Part shown: piece by piece, positions 15,080-25,362 of the stretch
Layout of the letters: each line of letters begins with the position of its first letter
Numbering within the stretch: the first letter of the stretch is position 1
DNA from: Candidatus Iainarchaeum sp.
GTDB lineage: Archaea > Iainarchaeota > Iainarchaeia > Iainarchaeales > JACQJH01
Assembly: GCA_016205145.1 (NCBI GenBank)
Contig: JACQJH010000001.1
Location: 570,001 to 602,000 of the forward strand
Reading direction: 5' to 3'
Length of the DNA stretch: 32,000 nt
Position numbers and translations under genes: made by a program
The notes under the pieces: model-generated
What the model was told of the DNA's origin: nothing
What the model saw: the letters and a program-made list of their open reading frames with translations, nothing else
The model's database searches: none

Positions 15080-16264
15080 ATGGCTGGAAAAATGAAACCC
15101 GAAAAGGTTTTTGCGCTTGACCGGGAGTTTTACATGAACTGCTTCCGGCGCAAGCCGATTGTCCTGGAAAAAGGAAAAGGCTGTTTTGTGTTCGACTCGC
15201 AGGGCAAAAAATACCTTGACTTTGTCGGCGCCCTCGCGACGTGCAGCGTCGGCTACTCCAATCCTGCTGTGACGAAGGCGATTTGCATTCAGGCAAAAAA
15301 GCTCGTGAACGCGACCAATTATTATTATACTGGACCGCAGGCACTGCTTGCCGAAAAGCTTGCGAAAATTTCCGGTTTGCAGAAGGTTTTCCTGTCAAAT
15401 TCCGGGACAGAGGCAATGGAGGCCGCGTTCAAGCTCGCGCGCAAGTGCACTGGAAAGACGCAGATCATTTCGACGGAGAACGCTTTCCATGGCCGCACTT
15501 TCGGCGCGCTGACTGCAACGTGGAACAAGGATTACAAGTCGATGTTCGAGCCATTGGTGCCGGGCTTCAAGACCGTTGCGTTCAATGACGCAAAGGCCCT
15601 GGAGGGAGCGATTGATGAAAACACCGCGGCATTCGTCGTCGAGCCGATCCAGGGCGAAAGCGGCATAAATGTTCCGCATGAAAATTACCTGAAAGCGGTT
15701 GCCGGAATATGCAAGGCAAAGGGCGTTCTTCTGATTCTTGACGAAGTGCAGACCGGTTGCGGCCGAACCGGCAAATTTTTCGCGTTCCAGCTTTCCGGCA
15801 TCAAGCCGGACATTGTCGTCACGGCGAAGGGCCTTGCAAACGGCTTTCCCATCGGCGCGACTATTTCGCGTGAAGGCCTTGATTTTGAGCCGGGCCAGCA
15901 TGGCGGAACATTCGGCGGCAATCCCCTGGCCTGCAGCGCAGCGCTTGCGACAATAAAGGAAATTGAGTCGAAAAAACTCGCGGCCGGTGCTGAAAAGAAA
16001 GGCAGGCTTTTCATGCAGAAGCTTTCGGGCCTGCAGAAAAAGTTTTCATTCGTTTCAGATGTGCGCGGAAAAGGATTGATGGTTGCGGTGCAGCTTTCCG
16101 GCGTTTCGGCAAAGGCAGTTGCCGGAAAGTGCCTTGCAAAGGGCCTGCTTGTCAACAGCATCGGCGACAACGTTTTGCGTTTCCTTCCTCCGCTGACGGT
16201 TTCGGAAAAAGAAATTTTGTCTGCAATCAAGGTTTTGGAGAAGGTGTTTGTGGAATGCGCGTAG
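15080..16264 (+). CDS. argD: acetylornithine aminotransferase (class III PLP aminotransferase)
   Basis: 'SNSGTEAMEAAFKLAR', 'LILDEVQTGCGRTGKFFAFQ', 'VTAKGLANGFPIGA'. GGTGGA lies 4 nt before the ATG at 15080. Confidence 0.9.
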   Translation: MAGKMKPEKVFALDREFYMNCFRRKPIVLEKGKGCFVFDSQGKKYLDFVGALATCSVGYSNPAVTKAICIQAKKLVNATNYYYTGPQALLAEKLAKISGLQKVFLSNSGTEAMEAAFKLARKCTGKTQIISTENAFHGRTFGALTATWNKDYKSMFEPLVPGFKTVAFNDAKALEGAIDENTAAFVVEPIQGESGINVPHENYLKAVAGICKAKGVLLILDEVQTGCGRTGKFFAFQLSGIKPDIVVTAKGLANGFPIGATISREGLDFEPGQHGGTFGGNPLACSAALATIKEIESKKLAAGAEKKGRLFMQKLSGLQKKFSFVSDVRGKGLMVAVQLSGVSAKAVAGKCLAKGLLVNSIGDNVLRFLPPLTVSEKEILSAIKVLEKVFVECA

Positions 16265-17247
16265 GCATAATCGGCGCTGCCGGGTTCGCGGGATTCGAAC
16301 TTGTCAAAGTGCTGTCCAGCCATCCGAAAGCCGAGCTTGTTGCGCTGAATTCGAAAACGTTTGCAGGCACGAAAGTCAAATCGGTTTACCCGGAATTCCG
16401 GGACGAGAACCTTGCTTTCACGAATTATTCCGTCGGGGAGCTGAACGCCTTGGATTTGGACGTGGTTTTCCTCGCCGTTCCGCATGGCGCATCCATGCAA
16501 CTCGCACCGACACTCAAATGCAGGGTAATAGATTTGGGTTCGGATTACCGGTTTCCCGACGCGAAGCTGTTCAAAAAGGTCAACGGCATCGGGCATGCTG
16601 ACAAGAAGCATTTGAATGAATGGGTTTACGGCCTGCCGGAATTGTTCCGCCCGAAAATAAAAAAGGCAAAGCTTGTCGCAAATCCGGGCTGTTATGCGAC
16701 CGCCTGCATTCTTGCGGGCCTGCCTCTGGCCAAGGAAAAGCTTTTTTCCAAGGCGGTTTTCGACTGCAAGTCAGGCTACAGCGGCGCGGGAAGGGAGAAG
16801 GCGTCGGACAAGGCTTACATGCAGGGTTTGCGCGAAAACATCGTTCCCTACAAGCTTACGTCGCACAGGCACATGTTTGAAATGCAGCAGTTTTTGGGAA
16901 AAAGCGTTTCATTTTCGCCGCACGTCCTGCCGTTTTACCGCGGCATTGTAGCAACGGGCCATTTTTTCCTGAAAAAAAAACTGTCCGGCGGGGCGGTGCG
17001 CAAAAAGTTCGAAAAGTTTTACGCAAAAGAGCCTTTCGTGAAAATCGTCGAAGGCATTCCGACAATGCAGGACATCCAGAAATCCAATTACTGCCTTATC
17101 GGCGGCTTCGAGGTTGATGACAACAACCGGCTTGTCATTGTGTCTGCGCTGGACAATCTTGTCAAAGGCGCGGCCGGACAGGCCGTGCAGAACATGAATT
17201 TGATGTTCGGCTTTGATGAAAAGCTCGGGCTGGAAGTCCTGCGGTGA
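16255..17247 (+). CDS. argC: N-acetyl-gamma-glutamyl-phosphate reductase
   Basis: 'MRVGIIGAAGFAGFELVKVL', active-site 'ANPGCYATA', 'DNLVKGAAGQAVQNMN'. Overlaps the argD stop by 10 nt. The track's 16129 start is an upstream extension. Confidence 0.93.
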   Translation: MRVGIIGAAGFAGFELVKVLSSHPKAELVALNSKTFAGTKVKSVYPEFRDENLAFTNYSVGELNALDLDVVFLAVPHGASMQLAPTLKCRVIDLGSDYRFPDAKLFKKVNGIGHADKKHLNEWVYGLPELFRPKIKKAKLVANPGCYATACILAGLPLAKEKLFSKAVFDCKSGYSGAGREKASDKAYMQGLRENIVPYKLTSHRHMFEMQQFLGKSVSFSPHVLPFYRGIVATGHFFLKKKLSGGAVRKKFEKFYAKEPFVKIVEGIPTMQDIQKSNYCLIGGFEVDDNNRLVIVSALDNLVKGAAGQAVQNMNLMFGFDEKLGLEVLR

Positions 17248-17299
17248 AACGCATGGTTCGATTTGAATCATGCCGTATGCTGTTGGTGGTTGTGGAACT

Positions 17300-18145
17300 A
17301 TGCCGGAAATAGTGCGTTATCTCAAGGAAGCATTGCCTTACATCAAAAAGTTCGAGGGAAAGACTTTTGTGGTCAAGCTGTCAGGCAAGCTTCTGGATGA
17401 TGCCGGTGTTTTGCGCGAAATCTGTGGGGACATCGTTTTGCTTGACGCCGTCGGCATTCACGTGGTTATAGTGCATGGTGCTGGCAAGCAGATTGACGTT
17501 GAAACGGAAAAGGCGGGCATTGAGAAAAAGGCCGTGAACGGCCTGCGGTTTACGGACGCCAGGACGCTTGCGATTGTCAAAAAGGTTCTCGTTTCAACCA
17601 ATGCCAAAATAGTTTCCTGCATAAAAAAATCCGGGGCGAATGTGCAGGGCATTGACGGCGTTTCGCAAAGCGTTATTCTGGCGGCAAAAAAATCTTCCGG
17701 CGGCCTGGATTTGGGATTTGTCGGGGCGCCCAAAAAAGCCGATGTCAAAAAATTTGCAAGCCTGCTTGCAAACGGCGTTGTGCCGGTTGTGGCTTGCCTT
17801 GGCAAAACCAGTAGCGGGCAGGTTTTGAACATCAATGCCGACGAGGTTGCCGTGGCAATCGCAAAGGCGTTGAAGGCGGAAAAGCTCATGATTTTGTCGG
17901 ACGTGCCCGGCATTTTGCGCGACAAAAACGACAGGAACAGCCTGATTTCCGAGTTGACCGTTGCGGAAGCGAAAAAGCTTATTGCTGGCGGCGTGATTGC
18001 CAGTGGCATGGTTCCCAAAACCCTTGCATGCATTGATGCGCTGAATTCAAGCGTGAAGCGCACGCACCTGATTGATGGTTTGGAACACTCGCTCCTGGTT
18101 GAAGTTTTCACGGATCTGGGAAAGGGCACGCTGATAAGGAAATGA
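17300..18145 (+). CDS. argB: acetylglutamate kinase
   Basis: 'FVVKLSGKLL', 'VIVHGAGKQI', 'LNINADEVAVAIAKAL', 'GMVPK'. Start at 17300 (MPEIVRY) or 17270. Confidence 0.9.
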   Translation: MPEIVRYLKEALPYIKKFEGKTFVVKLSGKLLDDAGVLREICGDIVLLDAVGIHVVIVHGAGKQIDVETEKAGIEKKAVNGLRFTDARTLAIVKKVLVSTNAKIVSCIKKSGANVQGIDGVSQSVILAAKKSSGGLDLGFVGAPKKADVKKFASLLANGVVPVVACLGKTSSGQVLNINADEVAVAIAKALKAEKLMILSDVPGILRDKNDRNSLISELTVAEAKKLIAGGVIASGMVPKTLACIDALNSSVKRTHLIDGLEHSLLVEVFTDLGKGTLIRK

Positions 18146-18214
18146 CCACTACCGCGTCTGCAAGGGGCAATGATGGGGTGAAAACCAATTTTGGTGTTTG
18201 TTGCCGGCGCAAGG

Positions 18215-18221
18215 TTTAAAT
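18215..18221 (+). promoter_or_regulatory. TATA-like box (TTTAAAT) for the thioredoxin-like lipoprotein gene
   Basis: 23 nt upstream of the ATG at 18245. Confidence 0.45.
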
Positions 18222-18244
18222 TTCGTGTGCTGTTCTATTTGATA

Positions 18245-18607
18245 ATGGATTTTTCAAAAAAGTTTTTTCTCGGAGTCTCGGTTCTTGCCCTGCTTTTTGT
18301 CTTGGGTTGCGCGCAGTCGAACCCAAAAATGGATTCTTTAGCCAAGTGCCTGACGGACAAGGGGGCAAAGTTTTACGGCGCCTACTGGTGCCCGCATTGC
18401 CTGGAGCAGAAAAAGGATTTCGGCGGCAGCGTTGACAAGCTCAACTACATTGAATGCGCGATCCAGGGCCAGAACGGGCAGACGCAGGCCTGCATTGACG
18501 CGCAGATAAAAGGCTATCCGACCTGGACTTTTGCCGACGGCTCAAGGCTTGAAGGCAGGCTGCCATTGCCGACGCTTGCCCAGAAAACCGGCTGTGAAGC
18601 GCCATAA
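18245..18607 (+). CDS. secreted thioredoxin-like thiol-disulfide oxidoreductase (VKOR-associated Trx-type), lipobox signal
   Basis: 'MDFSKKFFLGVSVLALLFVLGC' (signal plus lipobox). 'KFYGAYWCPHCLEQKKDFG', 'YIEC' and 'IKGYPTWTFADG' match the Trx-like domain I recall fused to bacterial VKOR proteins. Confidence 0.8.
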   Translation: MDFSKKFFLGVSVLALLFVLGCAQSNPKMDSLAKCLTDKGAKFYGAYWCPHCLEQKKDFGGSVDKLNYIECAIQGQNGQTQACIDAQIKGYPTWTFADGSRLEGRLPLPTLAQKTGCEAP

Positions 18608-18635
18608 ACCCGGCCTTGTCGTGCGCAAAAGTAGC

Positions 18636-18643
18636 TTTTAAAA
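18636..18643 (+). promoter_or_regulatory. TATA-like box (TTTTAAAA) for argS
   Basis: 24 nt upstream of the ATG at 18668. Confidence 0.45.
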
Positions 18644-18667
18644 CACCTTATTCCATTTCTTTTTTTC

Positions 18668-20395
18668 ATGCCGGATTTTAAGGAACAGCTTGCGCTTGCC
18701 CTGGCAAAGGCGCTGGACGGAAAGCTTTCCGAAAGCGAAATTCTCGGAATGCTTGAAGTGCCACCGTCGGCCGACTTGGGCGATTTTGCGTTTCCCTGCT
18801 TCAAGCTTTCGCCTTTGCTGAAAAAAGGCCCGCAGCAGATTGCGGTTGAATTGCAGGCAAAAATTGTTTTGCCGCAGTCTTTTTTGCAGGCAAAATCCAT
18901 CGGGCCATACCTCAACTTTTTTCTCAAAAAGAAGGTGCTTGCGGAAACCGTCATTGTGCGCGTTTTGAAGGAAAACAAAAAATTCGGCTTTTCAAAGGCC
19001 GGAAAAGGCAGAAAAGTGATGGTCGAGTACAGCAGTCCGAACACCAACAAGCCATTGCACATAGGCCATTTGCGCAACGATTCGATTGGCATGGCGGTCT
19101 CGAACATCCTTGAGGCAAACGGCTGCAAGGTGTTGAGGGCAAATCTTGTCAATGACCGCGGCATCCACATCTGCCAGTCCATGCTTGCATACCAGAAATT
19201 CGGCAAGGGCAAATCGCCGAAGCAGGCAAAGAAAAAATCCGACCATTTTGTCGGCGACTATTACGTTTTGTTCGCGCAGAATGCCAAGGAAAATCCTGCA
19301 TTTGAAGAGGACGCAAAGGCTTTGCTGAAAAAATGGGAGGCGAAAGACAAGCCCACGATTGCGTTGTGGAAAAAAATGAACGCATGGGTTTTGTCCGGTT
19401 TCAGGGAAACCTACAAACGGTTCGGCTCGCGGTTTGACAAGTTCTTTTTTGAATCGGATTTTTATGACAAGGCCAAGCCTTTGATTGATGATGGCCTGCG
19501 GAAGGGCGTTTTCACAAAGGAATATGATGGCGCAATTGTTGCCGACCTTGAGGCATTCAAGCTTTCCAAGAAAATCGTTTTGCGCGCGGACGGCACGAGC
19601 ATTTACGTCACCAATGACCTCGCTTTGACGATGCACAAGTTTGAGAAGTTCAGCATTGACGAAGCATTGTGGGTGGTTGCCTCGGAACAGAACTTTTATT
19701 TCATGCAGCTGTTCAAGATTTTCGAACTGCTCGGCTTTTCCTGGGCGAAAAAATGCAGGCACCTGAGCTATGGTATGGTTTTCCTGCCGGAAGGAAAAAT
19801 GAAGAGCCGCGAGGGAAAAGTTGTCGATGCTGACGACTTGATTGTGGAAGTTGTTGGATTGGCAAAAACCGAGATTTTGAAGCGCGAGCCGCAAATTTCG
19901 AAAAAAGAGCTTGAAAAAAGGAGCCTGGCGATTGCCCTCGCGGCGATAAAGTTTTTCCTTTTGCGCGTAAGCATCCAGCAGGACATAACCTTCAATCCTG
20001 CGGAAAGCGTTTCCTTTGACGGCGAAACAGGGCCGTACGTGCAGTACACCCATGCGCGGGCGAAAAGCATTCTTGCAAAGGCGAAAGGCAGGCCGAGCGT
20101 CAAAGGGGCGGATTTTTCACTGCTCGAATCCGAAAGCGAAAAGAAGGTGCTTTCACTGCTCAACGCATATCCCGCGCTGGTCGAGAACAGCCTTCAAAGC
20201 CTTTCCCCGCACGCTGTCTGCCAGTACCTTCTGGAATTGTCCGCGGCATTCAACTCGTTTTACCATTCCGAGCAGGTTTTGAAGGCGGAAAGCAAGGGGC
20301 TTGTCAATGCACGGCTGCTGCTCGTGCAGGCAACTGCAACGGTCATTGCAAACGGCCTGAGGCTGCTGAACATCGAGCCGATAGAAAAAATGTGA
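18668..20395 (+). CDS. argS: arginine--tRNA ligase
   Basis: 575 aa. 'YSSPNTNKPLHIGHLRN' (HIGH), 'GKMKSREG' (KMSKS variant), C-terminal DALR-type anticodon-binding helices ending 'IEKM'. Confidence 0.95.
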   Translation: MPDFKEQLALALAKALDGKLSESEILGMLEVPPSADLGDFAFPCFKLSPLLKKGPQQIAVELQAKIVLPQSFLQAKSIGPYLNFFLKKKVLAETVIVRVLKENKKFGFSKAGKGRKVMVEYSSPNTNKPLHIGHLRNDSIGMAVSNILEANGCKVLRANLVNDRGIHICQSMLAYQKFGKGKSPKQAKKKSDHFVGDYYVLFAQNAKENPAFEEDAKALLKKWEAKDKPTIALWKKMNAWVLSGFRETYKRFGSRFDKFFFESDFYDKAKPLIDDGLRKGVFTKEYDGAIVADLEAFKLSKKIVLRADGTSIYVTNDLALTMHKFEKFSIDEALWVVASEQNFYFMQLFKIFELLGFSWAKKCRHLSYGMVFLPEGKMKSREGKVVDADDLIVEVVGLAKTEILKREPQISKKELEKRSLAIALAAIKFFLLRVSIQQDITFNPAESVSFDGETGPYVQYTHARAKSILAKAKGRPSVKGADFSLLESESEKKVLSLLNAYPALVENSLQSLSPHAVCQYLLELSAAFNSFYHSEQVLKAESKGLVNARLLLVQATATVIANGLRLLNIEPIEKM

Positions 20396-20422
20396 AGAAA
20401 AGTTTCTCGCGTGAACTTGGAA

Positions 20423-23161
20423 TCACTCTAAGTAGATTGCCGGCTTTCCGGGAAAAGCGTTTTTCGCCTTTGCCGCAGGGTCGAAACTTGTTTTTTCGGC
20501 TTCTTCAACCAGAACTTCCGCGCCGAATTCCGATTCAAGTTCCTTAATGTAGAAGTCAAGACATTGTTTTTCGTTTATCTGCGTTACTGCCTGCATTTCA
20601 ACCGCTTTCCTGATGGCCTGCGAAACAAATGCCGGGATCTGCGGGCCGAGCTTTTTCAGTTCAGCGTCAGCCATGCACGCGCGGATCGCCTTTCCGACGT
20701 CCGGCTTTCCCTCTTTTTCGATTTCGGCTTTCACGATTTTGAGGCTTTTCCATTTCCATTCAGGCGCAACGTAAAGCACGATTTTTTTCGGCTTTTCAAG
20801 CTTGGCTATGCCGATTATCTGCATTATGTCCTGGCGCACGCTCTGGAAAAGCTCCTCGGCTTTCTCCGCCTTTTCGTCAATCAATTTTTCATCGGCCTCC
20901 GGCCAGGCAGCTTGCGCAACAAGCCCTTTTTCGCCGAGCGATTCCCACAATTCCTCGCATACGTGGGGTGCGAAAGGCGACAGCAATTGTGCGAGGGCCT
21001 TTGCGGCAAATGCGAAAGCAGGGCTTTTTTTGTCATCTAATTTCTGCATTGCTGTGGCAAGCTGCATTGTTTCCGAAATCGCGTAATTGAATTCGAATTT
21101 TTCGATTTGTTCGGTCGCGTTCCTTATCGCGCGGTTGGCTTTGCTGAGCAGAAGCTTTTCTTTCTGGTCGAAGGCTTTTCCGGAAATTTTTGTTTTACTT
21201 TTTGCCCCGGCCTTTGCCGCGCTTTTTATGGCATGGGCGTTTTCCTCGAACAGCAAATGAACTTTCGCCAAAAACTTGTACGCGCTTTCAACCCCGGCAT
21301 CGCTCCATTCGAGTTCCTTTTCAGGCGAGGCCGTGAATAAGATGAACAGCCTTGCCGTGTCCGCACCGAACTTTTCGATTATCTCTTCGGGGCTGACGAC
21401 ATTGCCCAATGATTTGGACATTTTCACGCCGCCCTTCAAGACCATTCCCTGTGCCAGAAGGCGCGAGAACGGCTCGTCAAATTCCACCAAACCCAAATCG
21501 CGGAGTGCCTTGCAGAAAAACCTGCTGTACATCAGATGCAGGATTGCGTGCTCTATTCCGCCGATGTACTGGTCGACCGGCATCCAGTATTTGGCTTCGG
21601 CTTTTGTGAATGGCTGTTTGCTTTCTTTCGGCGAGCAGTAGCGCAAAAAATACCATGAACTGTCAATGAACGTGTCCATTGTGTCGGTTTCGCGTTTCGC
21701 TTTCGCATTACATTTCGGGCATTTAGTTTCAACAAAGCTTTTGCTCGTCGCCAATGGATTTCCTCCGGCGGAAAAATCCGCGTCCTGAGGAAGCCTGACC
21801 GGCAAATCTTTTTCCGGCACCGGAACCGTGCCGCATTTTTCGCAGTAGATTATCGGAATCGGCGTGCCCCAGTATCTCTGCCGTGAAATGAGCCAGTCGC
21901 GAAGCTTGTAGTTTGTCTTTATCCTGCCCCATTTTTTCTTTTCAAGCCATTTCGAGATTTTTTCAATCGCCTTGATGTTATCCAATCCGCCGAATTCTGC
22001 GCTGTTTGCAAGTACGCCTTCATCGACAAACGCTTCCTTCATTTCATGCGCATTAAGCGTTTTGCCTTTTGGCTGGATGACGACCTTTTTCTGCAGGGAA
22101 TACTTGTCTGCAAATTCAAAGTCGCGCTGGTCGTGGCATGGCACGGCCATCACGGCGCCCGTGCCGTATTCTATCAAAACATAGTCGGCGATGAAAACCG
22201 GGCAGACGTCGCCGTTGACGGGATTTGTGAAATACTTTCCGATGAACAAACCGTTTTTGGGCTTGCCTTCAGCAGTGCGCTCTATTTCGCTGAGCCTTTT
22301 GACTTCTTCCTTGAAGCGCGCGACATCGGCTTCGTATTCCGTTCCTTTAGTCCACTTTTCCACAAGCGGGTGCTCCGGCGCCAAAACCATGTAAGTTACG
22401 CCGAACAACGTGTCCGGTCTTGTGGTAAAGCATGGAATTGTTTCCGATGAATCCTTTTCCTTGAAAAAAATTTCAACGCCCGTGCTTTTCCCGATCCAGT
22501 TGCGCTGCATTGTCCTGACGCGTTCAGGCCAGTTTTCAAGCTTGTCCAATCCGGACAGCAGTTCGTCGGCGTAGGCGGTTATTTTCAGGTACCATTGTTC
22601 AAGGTCCTTCTGCTGAACGTCGGTCTGCGAGTGCCGCCAGCATTTTCCCTGCTGGACCTGCTCGTTTGCAAGCACGGTTTCACAGGCCGGACACCAGTTG
22701 ACCTTGGATTTTTTCTTGTAAACAAGGCCTTTTTTCAGCAGCTGGAGAAAAATCCACTGGTTCCACTTGTAGTATTCCGGTTCGCATGTCCTGACTTCCC
22801 TGTTCCAGTCGTAGCTGAAGCCAAGCTGTTTCTGCTGCCCCTGCATTTCCGTGATGCGCGCATTCGTCCATTCGCGCGGATGCGCCTTGCCTTGGATTGC
22901 CGCATTTTCCGCCGGCAAACCAAAGGCATCATAGCCCATTGGATATAGGACATTGAACCCGCGCTGCCGGTAGTAGCGTGCCAGCGCGTCGCCTATCGCG
23001 TAATTGCGCACGTGGCCCATGTGCAGTTTGCCTGAAGGATAAGGGAACATTTCCAGGACATAGTATTTTTTCTTTCCCTTTTCCGGTTTTGACTCGAACG
23101 CCTTTGATTCATGCCATTTCTTCTGCCATTTCGGCTCGATGGCCTTGAAGTCGTAGGGCAT
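20423..23161 (-). CDS. leuS: leucine--tRNA ligase, bacterial-type catalytic core
   Basis: 912 aa. '[19 protein letters not shown]', '[11 protein letters not shown]', '[16 protein letters not shown]', CP1 'TTRPDTLFG' and '[19 protein letters not shown]', 'KMSKSLGN'. Confidence 0.95.
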   Translation of the reverse strand: MPYDFKAIEPKWQKKWHESKAFESKPEKGKKKYYVLEMFPYPSGKLHMGHVRNYAIGDALARYYRQRGFNVLYPMGYDAFGLPAENAAIQGKAHPREWTNARITEMQGQQKQLGFSYDWNREVRTCEPEYYKWNQWIFLQLLKKGLVYKKKSKVNWCPACETVLANEQVQQGKCWRHSQTDVQQKDLEQWYLKITAYADELLSGLDKLENWPERVRTMQRNWIGKSTGVEIFFKEKDSSETIPCFTTRPDTLFGVTYMVLAPEHPLVEKWTKGTEYEADVARFKEEVKRLSEIERTAEGKPKNGLFIGKYFTNPVNGDVCPVFIADYVLIEYGTGAVMAVPCHDQRDFEFADKYSLQKKVVIQPKGKTLNAHEMKEAFVDEGVLANSAEFGGLDNIKAIEKISKWLEKKKWGRIKTNYKLRDWLISRQRYWGTPIPIIYCEKCGTVPVPEKDLPVRLPQDADFSAGGNPLATSKSFVETKCPKCNAKAKRETDTMDTFIDSSWYFLRYCSPKESKQPFTKAEAKYWMPVDQYIGGIEHAILHLMYSRFFCKALRDLGLVEFDEPFSRLLAQGMVLKGGVKMSKSLGNVVSPEEIIEKFGADTARLFILFTASPEKELEWSDAGVESAYKFLAKVHLLFEENAHAIKSAAKAGAKSKTKISGKAFDQKEKLLLSKANRAIRNATEQIEKFEFNYAISETMQLATAMQKLDDKKSPAFAFAAKALAQLLSPFAPHVCEELWESLGEKGLVAQAAWPEADEKLIDEKAEKAEELFQSVRQDIMQIIGIAKLEKPKKIVLYVAPEWKWKSLKIVKAEIEKEGKPDVGKAIRACMADAELKKLGPQIPAFVSQAIRKAVEMQAVTQINEKQCLDFYIKELESEFGAEVLVEEAEKTSFDPAAKAKNAFPGKPAIYLE

Positions 23162-23183
23162 AGCAGAAAATAGCGAAAAACGG

Positions 23184-23190
23184 TTTAAAA
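23184..23190 (-). promoter_or_regulatory. TATA-like box (TTTTAAA) for leuS
   Basis: 22 nt upstream of the ATG at 23161. Confidence 0.45.
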
Positions 23191-23219
23191 GGATTTGCGG
23201 CGGGCGGAAAAAACACCGT

Positions 23220-25253
23220 TCAGGTTACCATTGTGGCCTCTGTTTTCCAGCCCAATTCAACCAGTTTTTCCACGTTTTTTCTGCCGGTTTCAGTGGAATT
23301 GTCGACCCATATTTCTATCTTGTCGCCGCGCGGGCACTGGCACGCCATGCAGACAATTGTTCCAGGCGGTGCCGGAATGTTTTTGTATGAAACAACCGGA
23401 ATGCCGTGGACGATTGAATAATATTCCTTTAATATTTCTTCTTCTGTCGGCGCCCTGATGTAAACTCTGTTCAGGTCAGCATGCCATTTCTCCCACGGGT
23501 TTTCGCCGCATTGGATCGGCGCGTATGTGAGGACGGTTGTCGAAACATTTTTTTCGCCGATCGTGAATTCATCGCTTTGGGCTGTTGAGCCGTTCCCTTC
23601 CCAAATTTTTTCATTGTCATAATAGGTTATTCGCGCCTTGAATGTTCCGGTTGCCATGGTCTGCACCGGCATGGGTTCGCCGTTGACCCATTCCTTTCCG
23701 TCCCATTCTATTTCCCTTGACTGGCCCGGCTTCAGTTCGTCCGCGCTTGGCGCGCATGCCGCCATTATCAGGGGATTTGAAATCTGCACCGGCTTCCATT
23801 CCCCGTTTTCAAGGCGGATGATTGAAAGCGGCCCGCACAGCACTGTGCCGGGCTGGATGAAAACGCTTTTGTCCGAATCATTTGTCGCGGTAATTTTCAC
23901 GGTTTCGCCCGAGGAATAGCTTTGCCTGTCGGTCTTGGCTTCAACTTTTCCGTTTCCGGGTTGTTCGCGTATTTTGACCAGCACATACATTTGCCTGATT
24001 TCCTTTGTCGGCTTGACGCTGTATTCAGATGGAACCTGTTCGTCGTACCAGCTTTGCGGCAGCACGTAACTCAGGCGCTGCCACGTCCCGGCATTTGTCG
24101 GATAAAACATGTTCTTGTACCAGGCATTCGCAAAAGCGTTCGCCTCGCTCTTGGTGAAGCCTTTGCTTGTCAGGTCGTTTTCAAGCAGCTTTGCGTCGGG
24201 CGTGAAATCCTTCAGTTCAAGCGCGACAGTTTGCCCGGCATCGATTTTTTCGGCTGTTGCGGCTTCGACATTCGTTTCCCAGAACCCGCCGCCGTTGCTT
24301 GCAACAAATCTTGCATTGTAAACGGCAAAATCGTTGCCGTTGGTGAGGCTTACCGAATTGCCGTTTCTCTTTGCCTTGACCCTGTTTTCGAATTGCATTT
24401 CTCCTTCGTAAAACAAAAATTTGTGCTTTTTCCCGTCGATCCACAGGTCATCCGAATCAACGTTTCCGAGTTGCGGTTCAATGGATTCGATCGGCGGGCG
24501 GTAACCCTTGCTTGTGGCAAGTGCCCTGGATGGTGTTTCCTGTTTCAGTGAAACACTGCTCCAGCCCGCGGTTTTGCCGTCTGCGGTTCCGCCGGGATAG
24601 ACGTCCGTGACCTTTCCGCTTGGAAGGGTGTATTTCGCCGAAAATTTGTCAACATTTTTTGCATGAAAGTAAACAATTGGAAGTTTTACCATTGCATCCA
24701 CTTCGGGCCTGCTTGTCAGAATCGCATTTGATTCGTTTTCGTGGGCTTCTATTACGCCCCACTCGTGAGCCTCGAATTTGTAATCCGTGGGTGGCGGTTC
24801 ATTGTCTGGAATTTTTCCCGGATATTTTTCGAAAACAACGGGTTTTGCTGTTTTTGGAATCTTGATTATGTGATATGGCTGCACGAATGCCTGCGTGCAC
24901 ATTGCACCCTCCGAAGGTTCCGGCTTGTCGACAAGCGCGTAAACGTTCGACTGGGTCTGGCGCACATCCTTTATTTCAATTGTGTAACAGCCATTCGGTT
25001 TCGAACCGAGCGCTGCCGCAATGACAGTGTATTTGTCAAAATCCATTTCAGGCATCTCTGGCTGCGGCGAAACGTTCTGCTTCAATTCCGACCAAAAACC
25101 GGCGAAGGATTTGGCATCATTGAAGACAAGGTTTCTTGCAGCCTGGATTCCGGAATTCTGGCCTTTTTCAACGGTTTCAAAGCCGACTTTTTCAATGCAG
25201 CCTGCCAGAACAAGGATTGAAAGCAGTGCGAGCGCGGCCAGGATTTTTTTCAT
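23220..25253 (-). CDS. secreted lipobox protein with N-terminal PrcB-like domain
   Basis: Start set at '[19 protein letters not shown]' (GGTGGT lies 3 nt upstream). 'SFAGFWSEL...[23 protein letters not shown]...[14 protein letters not shown]' resembles the PrcB C-terminal domain. I do not recognise the remaining ~540 aa. Confidence 0.75.
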   Translation of the reverse strand: MKKILAALALLSILVLAGCIEKVGFETVEKGQNSGIQAARNLVFNDAKSFAGFWSELKQNVSPQPEMPEMDFDKYTVIAAALGSKPNGCYTIEIKDVRQTQSNVYALVDKPEPSEGAMCTQAFVQPYHIIKIPKTAKPVVFEKYPGKIPDNEPPPTDYKFEAHEWGVIEAHENESNAILTSRPEVDAMVKLPIVYFHAKNVDKFSAKYTLPSGKVTDVYPGGTADGKTAGWSSVSLKQETPSRALATSKGYRPPIESIEPQLGNVDSDDLWIDGKKHKFLFYEGEMQFENRVKAKRNGNSVSLTNGNDFAVYNARFVASNGGGFWETNVEAATAEKIDAGQTVALELKDFTPDAKLLENDLTSKGFTKSEANAFANAWYKNMFYPTNAGTWQRLSYVLPQSWYDEQVPSEYSVKPTKEIRQMYVLVKIREQPGNGKVEAKTDRQSYSSGETVKITATNDSDKSVFIQPGTVLCGPLSIIRLENGEWKPVQISNPLIMAACAPSADELKPGQSREIEWDGKEWVNGEPMPVQTMATGTFKARITYYDNEKIWEGNGSTAQSDEFTIGEKNVSTTVLTYAPIQCGENPWEKWHADLNRVYIRAPTEEEILKEYYSIVHGIPVVSYKNIPAPPGTIVCMACQCPRGDKIEIWVDNSTETGRKNVEKLVELGWKTEATMVT

Positions 25254-25301
25254 CAAACCACCATTTGTTGCATTTTTGCCTATACGCACTATGGCTTTTG
25301 G

Positions 25302-25309
25302 TATTTAAA
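25302..25309 (-). promoter_or_regulatory. TATA-like box (TTTAAATA) for the PrcB-like lipoprotein gene
   Basis: 48 nt upstream of the ATG at 25253. Implies a ~25-nt leader carrying GGTGGT. Confidence 0.4.
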
Positions 25310-25362
25310 GGGCTTTTTGTTTGCTTAGGTAAAAGGCTAACGCTGGAATTTGCCTTGGAAAA

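Noticed and set aside
18146-18214. Possible C/D-box sRNA ('ATGATGG' ... ) in the argB / Trx-like gene spacer
   Set aside because: The C-box is imperfect, there is no CUGA D-box at the right distance, and there are no terminal complementary ends.
18992-20053. Long antisense ORFs inside housekeeping genes: 18992..20053 (353 aa), 26335..27327 (330 aa), 15685..16611 (308 aa), 10998..11732, 13662..14396, 17458..18129 and 18514..19212
   Set aside because: All lie opposite strongly recognisable genes (argS, alaS, argD/argC, argG, argJ, argB). Their translations are low-complexity and Arg/Phe/Cys-rich with no motifs, typical shadow ORFs of codon-biased genes.
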